From: Candidatus Micrarchaeota archaeon | GTDB taxonomy: Archaea; Micrarchaeota; Micrarchaeia; Micrarchaeales; CABMGC01 | Direction: 5' to 3' | DNA length: 64,000 bases | Assembly (NCBI GenBank): GCA_021827925.1 | Contig: JAKATZ010000004.1 | Coordinates: 13,956 to 77,955, forward strand | The notes under the pieces: generated by a model | What the model saw: only the letters and a program-made list of their open reading frames with translations | What the model was told of the DNA's origin: nothing | The model's database searches: none | Made by a program: the position numbers and the translations under genes | Shown: piece by piece, positions 49,182 to 58,030 of the stretch | Numbering within the stretch: position 1 is the stretch's first letter | Layout of the letters: each line of letters begins with the position of its first letter

Positions 49182-50006
49182 ATGCAAGCATCACGAACAG
49201 CATGGAATGAACCATCAAGACTGTCAGAATTTCAAAAGAGGTCTGGAGGATTGCTGATAGGCTCAGCCGCGATCTCCCTCCTATGCAGCAGTCTACGCGG
49301 CGGTCCATACGCATTGGAAAAATGCCAGGAGTATAAGGACAGCGACTGGCTTGTGCACCAAGAATCACTAAGCGCCATCGGTTCCTCATGCAACGCTCGT
49401 TTTGAAGTTGCAATGATACAAGACGGCCAAAAGTATGGCAGCGGCGGGTTTATAGCAAAGGAATCCCCCTTTTTTCATATTAAAGTAAACCATCCCGCAG
49501 AATTATTCTCCCTGCCTTCCGAAAAAGTAGACCTCTTTACGGAATCGACGGGCGTAGGTCCTTTTTCCGCGTCCTTTGGGGGCAGTGTAGAATTGTCCGA
49601 CTCGCATGCTCGAATTCGCGTTGCATCTCCTGCTCTTCTACTGACTCTCGCACTGAATCCGCTGGCCAGGACAGAGCGCGGAACTGATCTCGCGCTACGT
49701 CTTCTTACGTCCATATGCAAAACGTTCGGAAGGGAGCGCATGGGCTCAGAAGTGAGTGAAGCAGTATTGATCCTGAGAAACGGGGAGGGGGCCACCGCAG
49801 AGGCACTTTGCGCCGCAGGCCCTGACGCGCGTTTCCGTTTCTCACGAAAGTACTTCGAATATGCGAGAAGGCTGCTGGTACTAGGCAGGGAGCTGCAATC
49901 GCTCAAGCAATCAAGAATCAATAACGTAGCCGATGCTGGACATGCTGATGCTGGCTGTGTAGCTGACGCAGCTTCTGCACTGTCATCCGCGTTGCTGCGG
50001 AACTGA
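49182..50006 (+). CDS. Hypothetical protein (possible N-terminal signal/TM)
   Basis: This is the in-frame ATG at 49182 within the 457-aa track ORF, whose first 183 codons are antisense to E1 alpha. Hydrophobic segment GGLLIGSAAISLLCSSL. No family recognised. Confidence 0.4.
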   Translation: MQASRTAWNEPSRLSEFQKRSGGLLIGSAAISLLCSSLRGGPYALEKCQEYKDSDWLVHQESLSAIGSSCNARFEVAMIQDGQKYGSGGFIAKESPFFHIKVNHPAELFSLPSEKVDLFTESTGVGPFSASFGGSVELSDSHARIRVASPALLLTLALNPLARTERGTDLALRLLTSICKTFGRERMGSEVSEAVLILRNGEGATAEALCAAGPDARFRFSRKYFEYARRLLVLGRELQSLKQSRINNVADAGHADAGCVADAASALSSALLRN

Positions 50007-50122
50007 GCTATGGTTCTTTTACGCCGCGTGTTTTCACAAAGCGAAAGCTATAAATATTATTGGTACAAATAAGTATTAATTGAACTATATATGTATTATT
50101 TAATACTTTAAAACGTGACTTT

Positions 50123-51010
50123 ATGGAACAACACAAGCCCCACCGCCGCCTGACTACAACGGACAGAACTGGAAGTGCCGATTTACTTTCCCTCTCTCCA
50201 GGGTCTGGACTCCACAATGCGCTGGCAGGAGCCCTGCGGCAAGAGGACGGCACAGTGAGGATAAGTGGAAGGGGATGCAGTGTATCCCCCAGGATGGTAG
50301 TCATACTCTGCCCCCTTTACGCCCCAGGCACACTGGCCGATTCAACTCTCATTCCAAATCCTGGTTCCATAAGTGAGTCCAGAGTTGGCGGCAAGTGGAC
50401 GGTGTACAAACAGGTCATGGCAGCTGCAGACGATTACCTGAAATTGGCAGGCGAACGCCTAAAGGTCCATGCCGTATTTGCTGATCGCGGAATACTTCTG
50501 GCGCATGCGCCAGATACGGCGGACCATAGTGCAGCGGACAGGCACAGCGAAGTATACCGTGCTGCTTTCGAAGGGTTCTGTTCTCCGCGGGGGATACAGT
50601 ATACATATTCCACATTTACCGATATCGGTGTGGCACTCCCCAGGTTCTTTACAGTAGGATCCGAACGGATACCAGGCGTGAATCTTGAAGACCCCTCACT
50701 GGAGCAAAGACAAGGGACAATGATAGATCTCGTTAACGAATATCTTCGGCGGATAGGCGAGCCCACCTGGATCGTAAACAACAATGACAACCGGAAGAGG
50801 ATGAAAGACCTGCTCAACATGGCTGTGGCAACGCCTTCAATGGTGTTCGATCTGGTCGCAGGGTATGTCGCGTTCGATTACAGGCTCCCGGGTATAGCGG
50901 GAAAGACAGGCATGTATCTACAGGCGGAGAGGATGGGACAGCTTCTCACCATAGCGAACTTCACCGACGAGTCGCGTTCAATGCCCAGAATAGACGTACT
51001 TACGGTGTGA
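50123..51010 (+). CDS. Hypothetical protein
   Basis: 295-aa ORF directly preceded by an AT-rich promoter-like spacer (TATA-like CTATAAATA and CTATATAT). No family recognised. Confidence 0.5.
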   Translation: MEQHKPHRRLTTTDRTGSADLLSLSPGSGLHNALAGALRQEDGTVRISGRGCSVSPRMVVILCPLYAPGTLADSTLIPNPGSISESRVGGKWTVYKQVMAAADDYLKLAGERLKVHAVFADRGILLAHAPDTADHSAADRHSEVYRAAFEGFCSPRGIQYTYSTFTDIGVALPRFFTVGSERIPGVNLEDPSLEQRQGTMIDLVNEYLRRIGEPTWIVNNNDNRKRMKDLLNMAVATPSMVFDLVAGYVAFDYRLPGIAGKTGMYLQAERMGQLLTIANFTDESRSMPRIDVLTV

Positions 51011-51014
51011 TCCC

Positions 51015-51827
51015 TTGGGCTATAGCTTCTCCCTCCTTCGAATAGGCGATACGGGCATATCTGGCAATCTTTACACCTCAGGAAAGGAAAGGAGCACAGT
51101 TGTAGTATGGGGGGTTGGGGCGCCGAGGCCTCCTGATTACGGCAACCTTGTCGAAGCGGAGAGCATACTGGGCTACGAGACCGACCTTTTCGTGCCTGAT
51201 TATCTCGGATACGCAAGGAGCGATGGGAAGTTCACTCCGATGAACTGCATACGCACCTTTTTGCGGATATACGATTCATTCACCTCCGGATGCATTGGCA
51301 GGAGCGGCTACTCCGGGGAGAGAGTGAAAATCATGTACGGCCGCTTAATTTTCGCAGGCAAGAGCCTCGGAGGATCTTACGTTCCACTGCTTCCCAGATT
51401 CAATAAACGGATATCTGAGCTTGGCTTGTTTGCTCCTGCGCTTGACAACAAGTCTTCGGGCAGCATCGCTGGCGAGGAAACTAACGCTGACTTTTTTGAC
51501 AGCATGCGCTATGACGGTTATCATCACATTTACCGCGGGATTCTCAGCAAGAGGTGGGAAGAGCATCTTGAGAACAAAGACGGCCTTTCCCCTATGGACA
51601 ACATTGCTCACCTCGGGGATGCAAGGATATTTCTGGCACACGGAAGATCCGATCGCTGCATACACTTCTCAAAGTCTGTTTCTTTCTACGAAAGTCTGCA
51701 GCGCGTCTTTCCTGATTCCACTAAGAGAGCAAGGCTCTTCCTCTACCCTGGAGATCACGGCCCTTCAACAACAATCCCTGCCATAAAGGATTTCATGAAA
51801 TGGTTCGGAATCAAGAAGAGAAGCTAA
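51015..51827 (+). CDS. Alpha/beta hydrolase (dienelactone hydrolase / S9-like)
   Basis: Nucleophile elbow GKSLGG, acid region HGRSDRCI and a His in PGDHG, in canonical order. TTG start, 4 nt after the upstream stop. Confidence 0.65.
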   Translation: MGYSFSLLRIGDTGISGNLYTSGKERSTVVVWGVGAPRPPDYGNLVEAESILGYETDLFVPDYLGYARSDGKFTPMNCIRTFLRIYDSFTSGCIGRSGYSGERVKIMYGRLIFAGKSLGGSYVPLLPRFNKRISELGLFAPALDNKSSGSIAGEETNADFFDSMRYDGYHHIYRGILSKRWEEHLENKDGLSPMDNIAHLGDARIFLAHGRSDRCIHFSKSVSFYESLQRVFPDSTKRARLFLYPGDHGPSTTIPAIKDFMKWFGIKKRS

Positions 51828-52078
51828 TCCTCCATTCTGTCTTCAGGAGAATCAAGTATGTCCAGCATCTGCCCCTGTCCCAAACCGCTCGGGAAGTTCT
51901 CGAAGACCACCACTACGAACAGGTCATCCGAAGAGCCGCTGACCATGCCTGGCCATATTTTTCCGTTCTTGTCAACGTACCTCGCCTTCTTTCCTATAAG
52001 GCTTTTAACATCAACATCGTTAGACGGCGTAGCGAGCAGGTTGTCCTGGTCAAGGGAAGTGACTATCGCTGTTATCAT
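51824..52078 (-). CDS. Small acidic beta-barrel protein (L35Ae-like or PRC-barrel-like)
   Basis: SLIGKKARYVDKNGKIWPGMV...VVVVFENFPSGLGQGQMLDI aligns by eye to the archaeal L35Ae pattern (LIGKKV..GKI.G.V...VRARFE..LPG.ALG..VEI). However, the basic HGNxGxVRA block is replaced by acidic residues and there is an acidic tail. Confidence 0.4.
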   Translation of the reverse strand: MITAIVTSLDQDNLLATPSNDVDVKSLIGKKARYVDKNGKIWPGMVSGSSDDLFVVVVFENFPSGLGQGQMLDILDSPEDRMED

Positions 52079-52123
52079 CGAATCGGGATATAATCTCGGA
52101 AAAGGGTAATAAGCCTTTCGGGC

Positions 52124-53290
52124 TCATGCACGGCTCAGCGCTGTTAGCTCCTTCCTAAAGGCATCGCTAATGTCAGCGGCCTCTTCTCCGTTCTCAGTGC
52201 CTCCTGCCACTCTTACTGCAGAGTATCTGTGATAATACAGCACGCTTGTCCTGTCAAAGCCGAAGCTGTCTCTAATCCTGCAGTAATGCTGTATTGTCTT
52301 ATTCCTAAACAGCCTGTCTGCGATCTCCCTCTGTCCCACCGCCCCAGTGGCCTGTATGAAAAACACGGGAGATGCCCCTTCTGGGAAAAGAGAGTTCGCA
52401 AGGTCAGAATTGGCGTGATCTGGAAGGTTTGGGTGCGATACCGAGAATAGGCTACCGTTTCCCTGGACAGAATGGCAGGCCCTTGCCATATCCATGGTAT
52501 TCCGCATTATCGCTTTGAGCCTCGCATCGAAAACATCCTTACGGGGAACGGCTTCCCATGCAGCTTCGACGAAATTCATGTCCGGAGTGCTTCCCCAGGG
52601 CCTTCTGTGGCTATTCATCCATGTAAACAGCGCTGAGTCTTCCGATTGGAGGAATCCAGCGACAGCGGCATTCAAGCAGTAAAACTTCGTTGCACTCTCC
52701 ATATTTACTAAATTTGAAGAGGTGTGTGGTAAGCCAATTTCTCCGGAAATGCTCAAAGGCAGCAGCGTCCTGTCCATTATCAGGAGAGGCTTTCTATCCT
52801 TCAGGTATGGGAGCGAGAGAAGCCCATTGAGGTCAAGCAGCGGAAGATCAGGTCCGTTTGCAAGCAGCTCAAAAAGGATTATATCGGGGGAGTGCGTTCT
52901 GACCGCATCTGCAACCAGATCCAGACTTGCGGTGTCTACTTGCCTTACGGTCACACCGCGCGGTGCAATGCATTCGCGCAGCTGCCTGCCTGTTTGATGA
53001 TATCCGCTCATCCCGTAAAGGATGACAGTTCCTTTCGTTGGATGTCCGGTGTCAATTGCATCCCTCAGTGCTGCCATTCCCGAATTCTGCATAAGCAGCG
53101 TCCCTCTCCGTACTCCTGCAAGATCCGCAATCCTGTCCTCCAGTCTCCTGAGCGAAGGATATCCGTTACCTGGATAATCATGGGCGGGATTGCCTTTCTC
53201 CCGTTCAAGCATTGCCTTCTCCTGCATCGCAACGGACTTGTGCACATGGACTATCGATGCTCCATCTTTTCTGCGCATTGTTTCCACCAA
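52124..53290 (-). CDS. Divergent Cys/Met-metabolism PLP-dependent enzyme (cystathionine synthase/lyase fold)
   Basis: YPSLRRLEDRIADLAG (the NPT..LE..IA.LEG position), SGMAA, and ESATKF (SxTK PLP-lysine motif). Confidence 0.7.
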   Translation of the reverse strand: MVETMRRKDGASIVHVHKSVAMQEKAMLEREKGNPAHDYPGNGYPSLRRLEDRIADLAGVRRGTLLMQNSGMAALRDAIDTGHPTKGTVILYGMSGYHQTGRQLRECIAPRGVTVRQVDTASLDLVADAVRTHSPDIILFELLANGPDLPLLDLNGLLSLPYLKDRKPLLIMDRTLLPLSISGEIGLPHTSSNLVNMESATKFYCLNAAVAGFLQSEDSALFTWMNSHRRPWGSTPDMNFVEAAWEAVPRKDVFDARLKAIMRNTMDMARACHSVQGNGSLFSVSHPNLPDHANSDLANSLFPEGASPVFFIQATGAVGQREIADRLFRNKTIQHYCRIRDSFGFDRTSVLYYHRYSAVRVAGGTENGEEAADISDAFRKELTALSRA

Positions 53291-53416
53291 TTTCCCAGCA
53301 TGGGTGCGGGTTTGCTATAATACTTCTGCTATATTAAATCACTACTAGTATTCAAATCGATGTATCATTGGCTCAATTAATTGCTCTAAGCATACATACC
53401 TTTTTAAATCTTCTTA

Positions 53417-53437
53417 ATATTCCTTCAAAAGGAATAT
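53417..53437. promoter_or_regulatory. Perfect 9-bp-arm palindrome in a divergent promoter spacer
   Basis: ATATTCCTT-CAA-AAGGAATAT, lying between divergent starts at 53290 and 53521. Confidence 0.3.
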
Positions 53438-53520
53438 ATATCCGAAATCCCTAATTCTTCAATATATCTATTTTAAACCTGTTAAAATATCCATTGAATT
53501 TCTCTGCTTAAAGTGATAAA

Positions 53521-53934
53521 ATGACAACTAGAGCACACCTGAATATGACAGCGGGAAAAGGCGCAACACAGCAGGCCTTGATAGAAGTCCATAGGCACAC
53601 ACCTCCTAAGGCTCTTCTGATTGCAGCAACCGCAACAGTATTTACGTTGGGCGCATTGGCCGGCGGCATCGCAGGCTACAACATGGGCTATAGGGCAGAG
53701 AGAGCCGCAATGACACAGCAGATAAATACTGCCGGTGCAGTGCTCACGCGCGATCTCCAGACAGAAGCCGAGGAAACTGGTCCGGCAAATAACGACGCCG
53801 CAGAGATTAAAATCCTTAAGGCAGCAATAGCATCCACTCCGGCCAGCAACGTTGCTATGAAAAGGGATTTTACTGCAGAACTGAGAGGGGAACAGGCTGA
53901 CGATGGGATCATACCTCCAGCATCTGGTTCTTAA
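53521..53934 (+). CDS. Hypothetical single-pass membrane protein
   Basis: TM helix ALLIAATATVFTLGALAGGIAGY. Preferred over the overlapping Cys-rich minus-strand ORF. Confidence 0.4.
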   Translation: MTTRAHLNMTAGKGATQQALIEVHRHTPPKALLIAATATVFTLGALAGGIAGYNMGYRAERAAMTQQINTAGAVLTRDLQTEAEETGPANNDAAEIKILKAAIASTPASNVAMKRDFTAELRGEQADDGIIPPASGS

Positions 53935-54130
53935 CTTCCAGAGTAGCTTACGGATATGGTCACATGTCCGTCCCAGGCGCATCGGGGATGGACATGTTCC
54001 GGTTCTTTAATGAGGGATTCAATACTCTAGCTATAGATGCCAATTCCAGCGTGCAGTGCATAAGCTGTAATTAATAATGGCAATAAAGGCATGTCCAGAA
54101 AACAAAAATCCCGAATAAACGTGCAAGAAT

Positions 54131-54376
54131 ATGCCACAAAAACATAATCCCGGTGAAGGAATGAGGAGATCCCAGAATGAACAGCTATTCTGGACGCGAT
54201 TCTCAGCGGTATACGGACAAGACAATGCCCAGCGCCATTTAGTCGGCGAGAGGCTGAACGCATACGGCCCAGAGAAAAGGGAACTTGTGCTGAAAAGCAT
54301 TGTACAACCAGAATCCGATAGGAAGTTTTCAATAAGGTTGGCACTATACTGTACGGGGACATTTCTCATATCGTGA
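54131..54376 (+). CDS. Hypothetical small protein
   Basis: 81-aa ORF whose TGA overlaps the GTG start of the next ORF (GTGA). There is no other support. Confidence 0.25.
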   Translation: MPQKHNPGEGMRRSQNEQLFWTRFSAVYGQDNAQRHLVGERLNAYGPEKRELVLKSIVQPESDRKFSIRLALYCTGTFLIS

Positions 54377-55164
54377 ATGCAGACAAGTATGAAAGCGCAG
54401 GAAAAATACCGCTCTCCGTCTCGGCTGTAGAATCATTGAGTATGGACGTAACGGGCAACGTCACAATAGAACTACTCTTAAAAACACTTCAGAGATACGG
54501 TAATGTAGGGCTTAAAACCAGTGTACTGGTCGCAATAGCCAGCGGCAACAGCGGCCCAGACGAGGTTGAGACGAGGATGGCTGCCCTTTCTTCTGATGCT
54601 TTTGTTGGATCAGTGGACAGAATGAGCAGCAGCAGAATAGGATTGCAGGTAACGCAGACGATACTGTTTTCGCTGGGCGGACTTGATACTGGTCGCCTTA
54701 TACGGCTAAGAACAGACATGGAAAGATATAGCAATCCATCCGTGCGCGATTCACTGCTACTGCAGTTTGGCATAGCCTGCAGCAGGGCAGACTCTGGCGC
54801 AGGAGATGGATACAGGTCATTCGACCTTCTTTCTGAAGAGATACGTTCACCTGAAATTGCAGCCAGAATTAATTCTAATCCTGCAAATGTACTTCTTGCT
54901 GTGCTTTCTTCAATGAGACGGCAGCTAGGTTCTCCACTCTCTGAAAAAGCATCTGACATAACCGTGTTGACGTATCATGCTCTTCACGACTCCATGGGGC
55001 TTGGAAGACAGCAAGCCATACATATTCTGGGAATCTTCGCCAGGGGCGGAGTAGCTAAAGCAAAAGGTGCCTTGGAAGAGATCCACCTAATTGCAAAAGT
55101 CAACGGAAGAGACGAAGACGCAGGCATAGCATTCTCTGAACTAAAGCGATCCGGAGGCTCTTGA
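54373..55164 (+). CDS. Hypothetical helical-repeat (HEAT-like) protein
   Basis: All-helical composition. NPSVRDSLLLQFGIA resembles the HEAT/PBS-lyase repeat core (D.VR..A..ALG.I). Confidence 0.45.
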   Translation: MNADKYESAGKIPLSVSAVESLSMDVTGNVTIELLLKTLQRYGNVGLKTSVLVAIASGNSGPDEVETRMAALSSDAFVGSVDRMSSSRIGLQVTQTILFSLGGLDTGRLIRLRTDMERYSNPSVRDSLLLQFGIACSRADSGAGDGYRSFDLLSEEIRSPEIAARINSNPANVLLAVLSSMRRQLGSPLSEKASDITVLTYHALHDSMGLGRQQAIHILGIFARGGVAKAKGALEEIHLIAKVNGRDEDAGIAFSELKRSGGS

Positions 55165-55259
55165 AAGCCCATAGAAATAATTAATGCATGCTAAAAAACC
55201 GAGCCTAAATATCTAAAGCAAAAGCCGATGATTAAAACAGCGCATCCTCTGGTCTGAAT

Positions 55260-55637
55260 ATGAGACACTTTATCGGGTTCTATGGTTATCCTAAAGAGGC
55301 TGAGGGCTTGGTATCAAATGGTAGGTACCAAATGGCATTAGATAACATTGGAAGGGATAAGCGCCTGACGCCTGAAGAGAAAAGGAAGTTCAAAGCCGCA
55401 ATAGCAGCCACCGCCTGCGTAGATTTCGCAGTTCTTGCACGAAGCAGAGGCACGCCCATTTCTCTCAAGGTAGATATGCGACTTGATGCGTTGGGCTGGG
55501 CAGAAACCGCCCGGTCCTTGGGAATGGACATCGATACCTCGCATCTCAGAACGCTACTGCGCAGAGACATAGCGAGACTGCCTCCCGGAGTAACTACTCC
55601 CTTTTACGGTATCAATCATCACCATCTATTACGATAA
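55260..55637 (+). CDS. Hypothetical protein
   Basis: 125-aa ORF co-directional with the cluster. No family recognised. Confidence 0.4.
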   Translation: MRHFIGFYGYPKEAEGLVSNGRYQMALDNIGRDKRLTPEEKRKFKAAIAATACVDFAVLARSRGTPISLKVDMRLDALGWAETARSLGMDIDTSHLRTLLRRDIARLPPGVTTPFYGINHHHLLR

Positions 55638-55945
55638 AATCTACGATTAAACACTTCCCAATAATTCTAAAAAATCAGCCATTATGGGATAAAAAGAGAA
55701 CGTTTAAATATATGTGAATAAAAAAATATAAACGGATAGCATGTCGATAGCATTCAAGCATAATGAACCGCATAGGGCATTCAGGCCCGGATGTAAAAAA
55801 AGCATTTGATGCTGCCTTTGCGGATCTCGTAAAACAAGAAGGCACAAGGCAATAATTCACAATCGATTTCACAGAGCTTCAACGAGTCATTTCCAGAATA
55901 ATCCAGGTAGATTAATCTTCAGATGGCATATGAGTCTGTGGTTAA

Positions 55946-56656
55946 ATGGTCATGGCAGACTCAAAGAGACCGAGAACCGTGCGCATAGTTGGGGTCACGC
56001 ATCTTCCTCAGACTCTGGAAGCCGTCCGCGAAGACCTTTTCCGTGCGGCTAAATCAGGTCTCAGGAGAATAGGCCTCGAAGGGACTGCCGAAGAGATCAA
56101 TGCAACAGAGTCAACAAGAGTTCTTCTTGAAAACATCGGCCTGGGTTATGGTTTTTTCAATTTGCTGGCAAAAACAGCTAAAAGTCTAAACGTTTCCGTT
56201 CTTCCACTTGATAACCTGGATGGCTCGGTAATGTCAACAGCCATAATCATGGCGATGCATCTGAGGACGACGTGTACAAGGGATGGTGTAGATATAAGCG
56301 AGGCGATAAGAGGCATGGAAGCGTTTCAAGTAACTCCTGCGAGTAACATTCAGATGCCAGAACGTCTGCTTTCCTTCCTCCGGAAATGGACATCCATTGC
56401 TCTGGACTTGTATAAAAGATCTCCACAGGAATTATCCGGCCTCATGGGTAATGATATTCGCGTTAGGAGCAGAAATATGGCAAGCATGATAAAAGACGGT
56501 GATGTCGAGATGGCCATAACTGGCTATCTGCACGCAACTGAAATAGCAGAAGCACTGCGAGCAGAATATGACGATATAAAACTGCATTTCATACCTGAAA
56601 AAGGCCTCCCCGAGCTAATACGGCAGTTTAAAGACGCGACATCCACAAATCCCTAG
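55946..56656 (+). CDS. Hypothetical protein, possibly Tiki/TraB/GumN/ChaN-superfamily
   Basis: N-terminal VRIVGVTHLP (GxxH), IGLEG, and C-terminal AITGYLHATE (GxxH) have the spacing seen in TraB/GumN-type proteins. The functional call is weak. Confidence 0.4.
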   Translation: MVMADSKRPRTVRIVGVTHLPQTLEAVREDLFRAAKSGLRRIGLEGTAEEINATESTRVLLENIGLGYGFFNLLAKTAKSLNVSVLPLDNLDGSVMSTAIIMAMHLRTTCTRDGVDISEAIRGMEAFQVTPASNIQMPERLLSFLRKWTSIALDLYKRSPQELSGLMGNDIRVRSRNMASMIKDGDVEMAITGYLHATEIAEALRAEYDDIKLHFIPEKGLPELIRQFKDATSTNP

Positions 56657-56863
56657 CATTAGGATGTTTGGAAGTAGGGACCATTGCAGATTATGTGGTA
56701 AACAAAATAGTCTTAGTATTTCTAAGAAGCTTCTGGAAATAACTACTTAAAACTCATTTTAGAAGTGTTAATCGCTTACTTGTGTGACGCAAGACGGGGG
56801 CGTTGGATAAGGCTTTTATTTATTTCTAGAGTATAAAAGCAACATGTGCAGCGTGGGATTTAG

Positions 56864-57301
56864 ATGCATGTCTTGGACACAATGCCAGGTACAGTTGAAG
56901 CTGGTGTAGTGCCACGATTGCCTTATCTAAACATGACGTATACAAACTTGCGTGAGGTTGGTATAGAGAAGTTACTAGCTACAACCTGGCTTCAAAAGAG
57001 TGGTAGTCTTTGCATTGAGGGTAGATATGGTGAAGCAATTACTGCAGCCGAGAATGGGATAAAACTAGACCCTGGCGATTCAGGTCTTTGGACCCAAAAA
57101 GGTCATTCACAAGTTCACATGAATATGTATGAAGATGCTTTTTCTTCATTGCTGACTGCTATTTCTTTTGATCCTAAAAATGGAACAGCATGGTATAACT
57201 TGGCTGTCGCTACATTTCAGCTGGGAAGAAGATCAGAAGGCATAGAATACCTTAATAGGGCCGGCGAATTAGGAGCTATTCCTTCAGCAGGGGGATTATA
57301 A
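56864..57301 (+). CDS. TPR repeat protein
   Basis: Three consecutive 34-aa TPR units: GRYGEAITAAENGIKLDPGD, MYEDAFSSLLTAISFDPKN, AWYNLAVATFQLGRRSEGIEYLNRA. Confidence 0.7.
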   Translation: MHVLDTMPGTVEAGVVPRLPYLNMTYTNLREVGIEKLLATTWLQKSGSLCIEGRYGEAITAAENGIKLDPGDSGLWTQKGHSQVHMNMYEDAFSSLLTAISFDPKNGTAWYNLAVATFQLGRRSEGIEYLNRAGELGAIPSAGGL

Positions 57302-58030
57302 TAACACAATCTACTGTGGTTTACAACCAGATATTCAAAATAATGGAATTTTGGTAAAGGCGGTTGTTCAATTATGCTCTTCCATTTTTCTGAAACAAAA
57401 ATTAGTTTAGTTAGAGTAACTCATTTCAGATTTATGGAAAAAGCCTTGATTTGGTGATAGCATCCCGCTTAAGCCAGAAATAGATCAAAAGAGAAGTGCT
57501 TTCCCTCTGAAGGCCTTTTTTGTTGCATTTTTATGGAAAATAGGGATATAGAATTCACTTTTATGGAATTTCAAAAAGAAGTACTGATTTTGCCATGAAA
57601 ATAGCTTTCCGACGACAGAAACATGCGCGGAAATAGCGTATTTTTCAACGATCTTTTTCTTTTTGATGAATTGTATGCACAGAAGAAACGCTGCTTAAAG
57701 CACATGGAGGGGCAATCTCAGGAATACTAAGATAATTTGAGATATTCTAATAAGTTATTTTACTATTGCCTTTGTAACTGCTGGATCTCTTCTTGTGTTG
57801 TGGTTCAAGCACTACACCTGAATTATGACTAAAGCTGTTTCTACCCGCCCTCTACTTCTCCACCCTCTCTGATTACCAACGCGTTAAATCCAATTCTTTC
57901 TCCTTCAATTATACTCTCTGTGCGAATTTATTCACTCTGTATCTAATAAAAGCAATAAATTGCATATAACTAGAATATATTGGATAAACTAAAATAATAT
58001 TAGTATAATCTGGTTGCTTTTGAAAACTGG

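Noticed and set aside
53482-53982. 166-aa Cys-rich minus-strand ORF.
   Set aside because: It has many scattered Cys (about 18) with no zinc-finger spacing. It overlaps a plus-strand ORF with a clean TM helix that fits the co-directional cluster, so I judged it a shadow frame. Neither ORF is strongly supported.
57337-57630. Possible CRISPR-like or tandem repeat array, because of the recurring TTATGGAA strings.
   Set aside because: The repeats are only 8-12 nt, degenerate and irregularly spaced at 30-90 nt, and there are no cas genes. This is not a CRISPR array. It is reported instead as a motif cluster.
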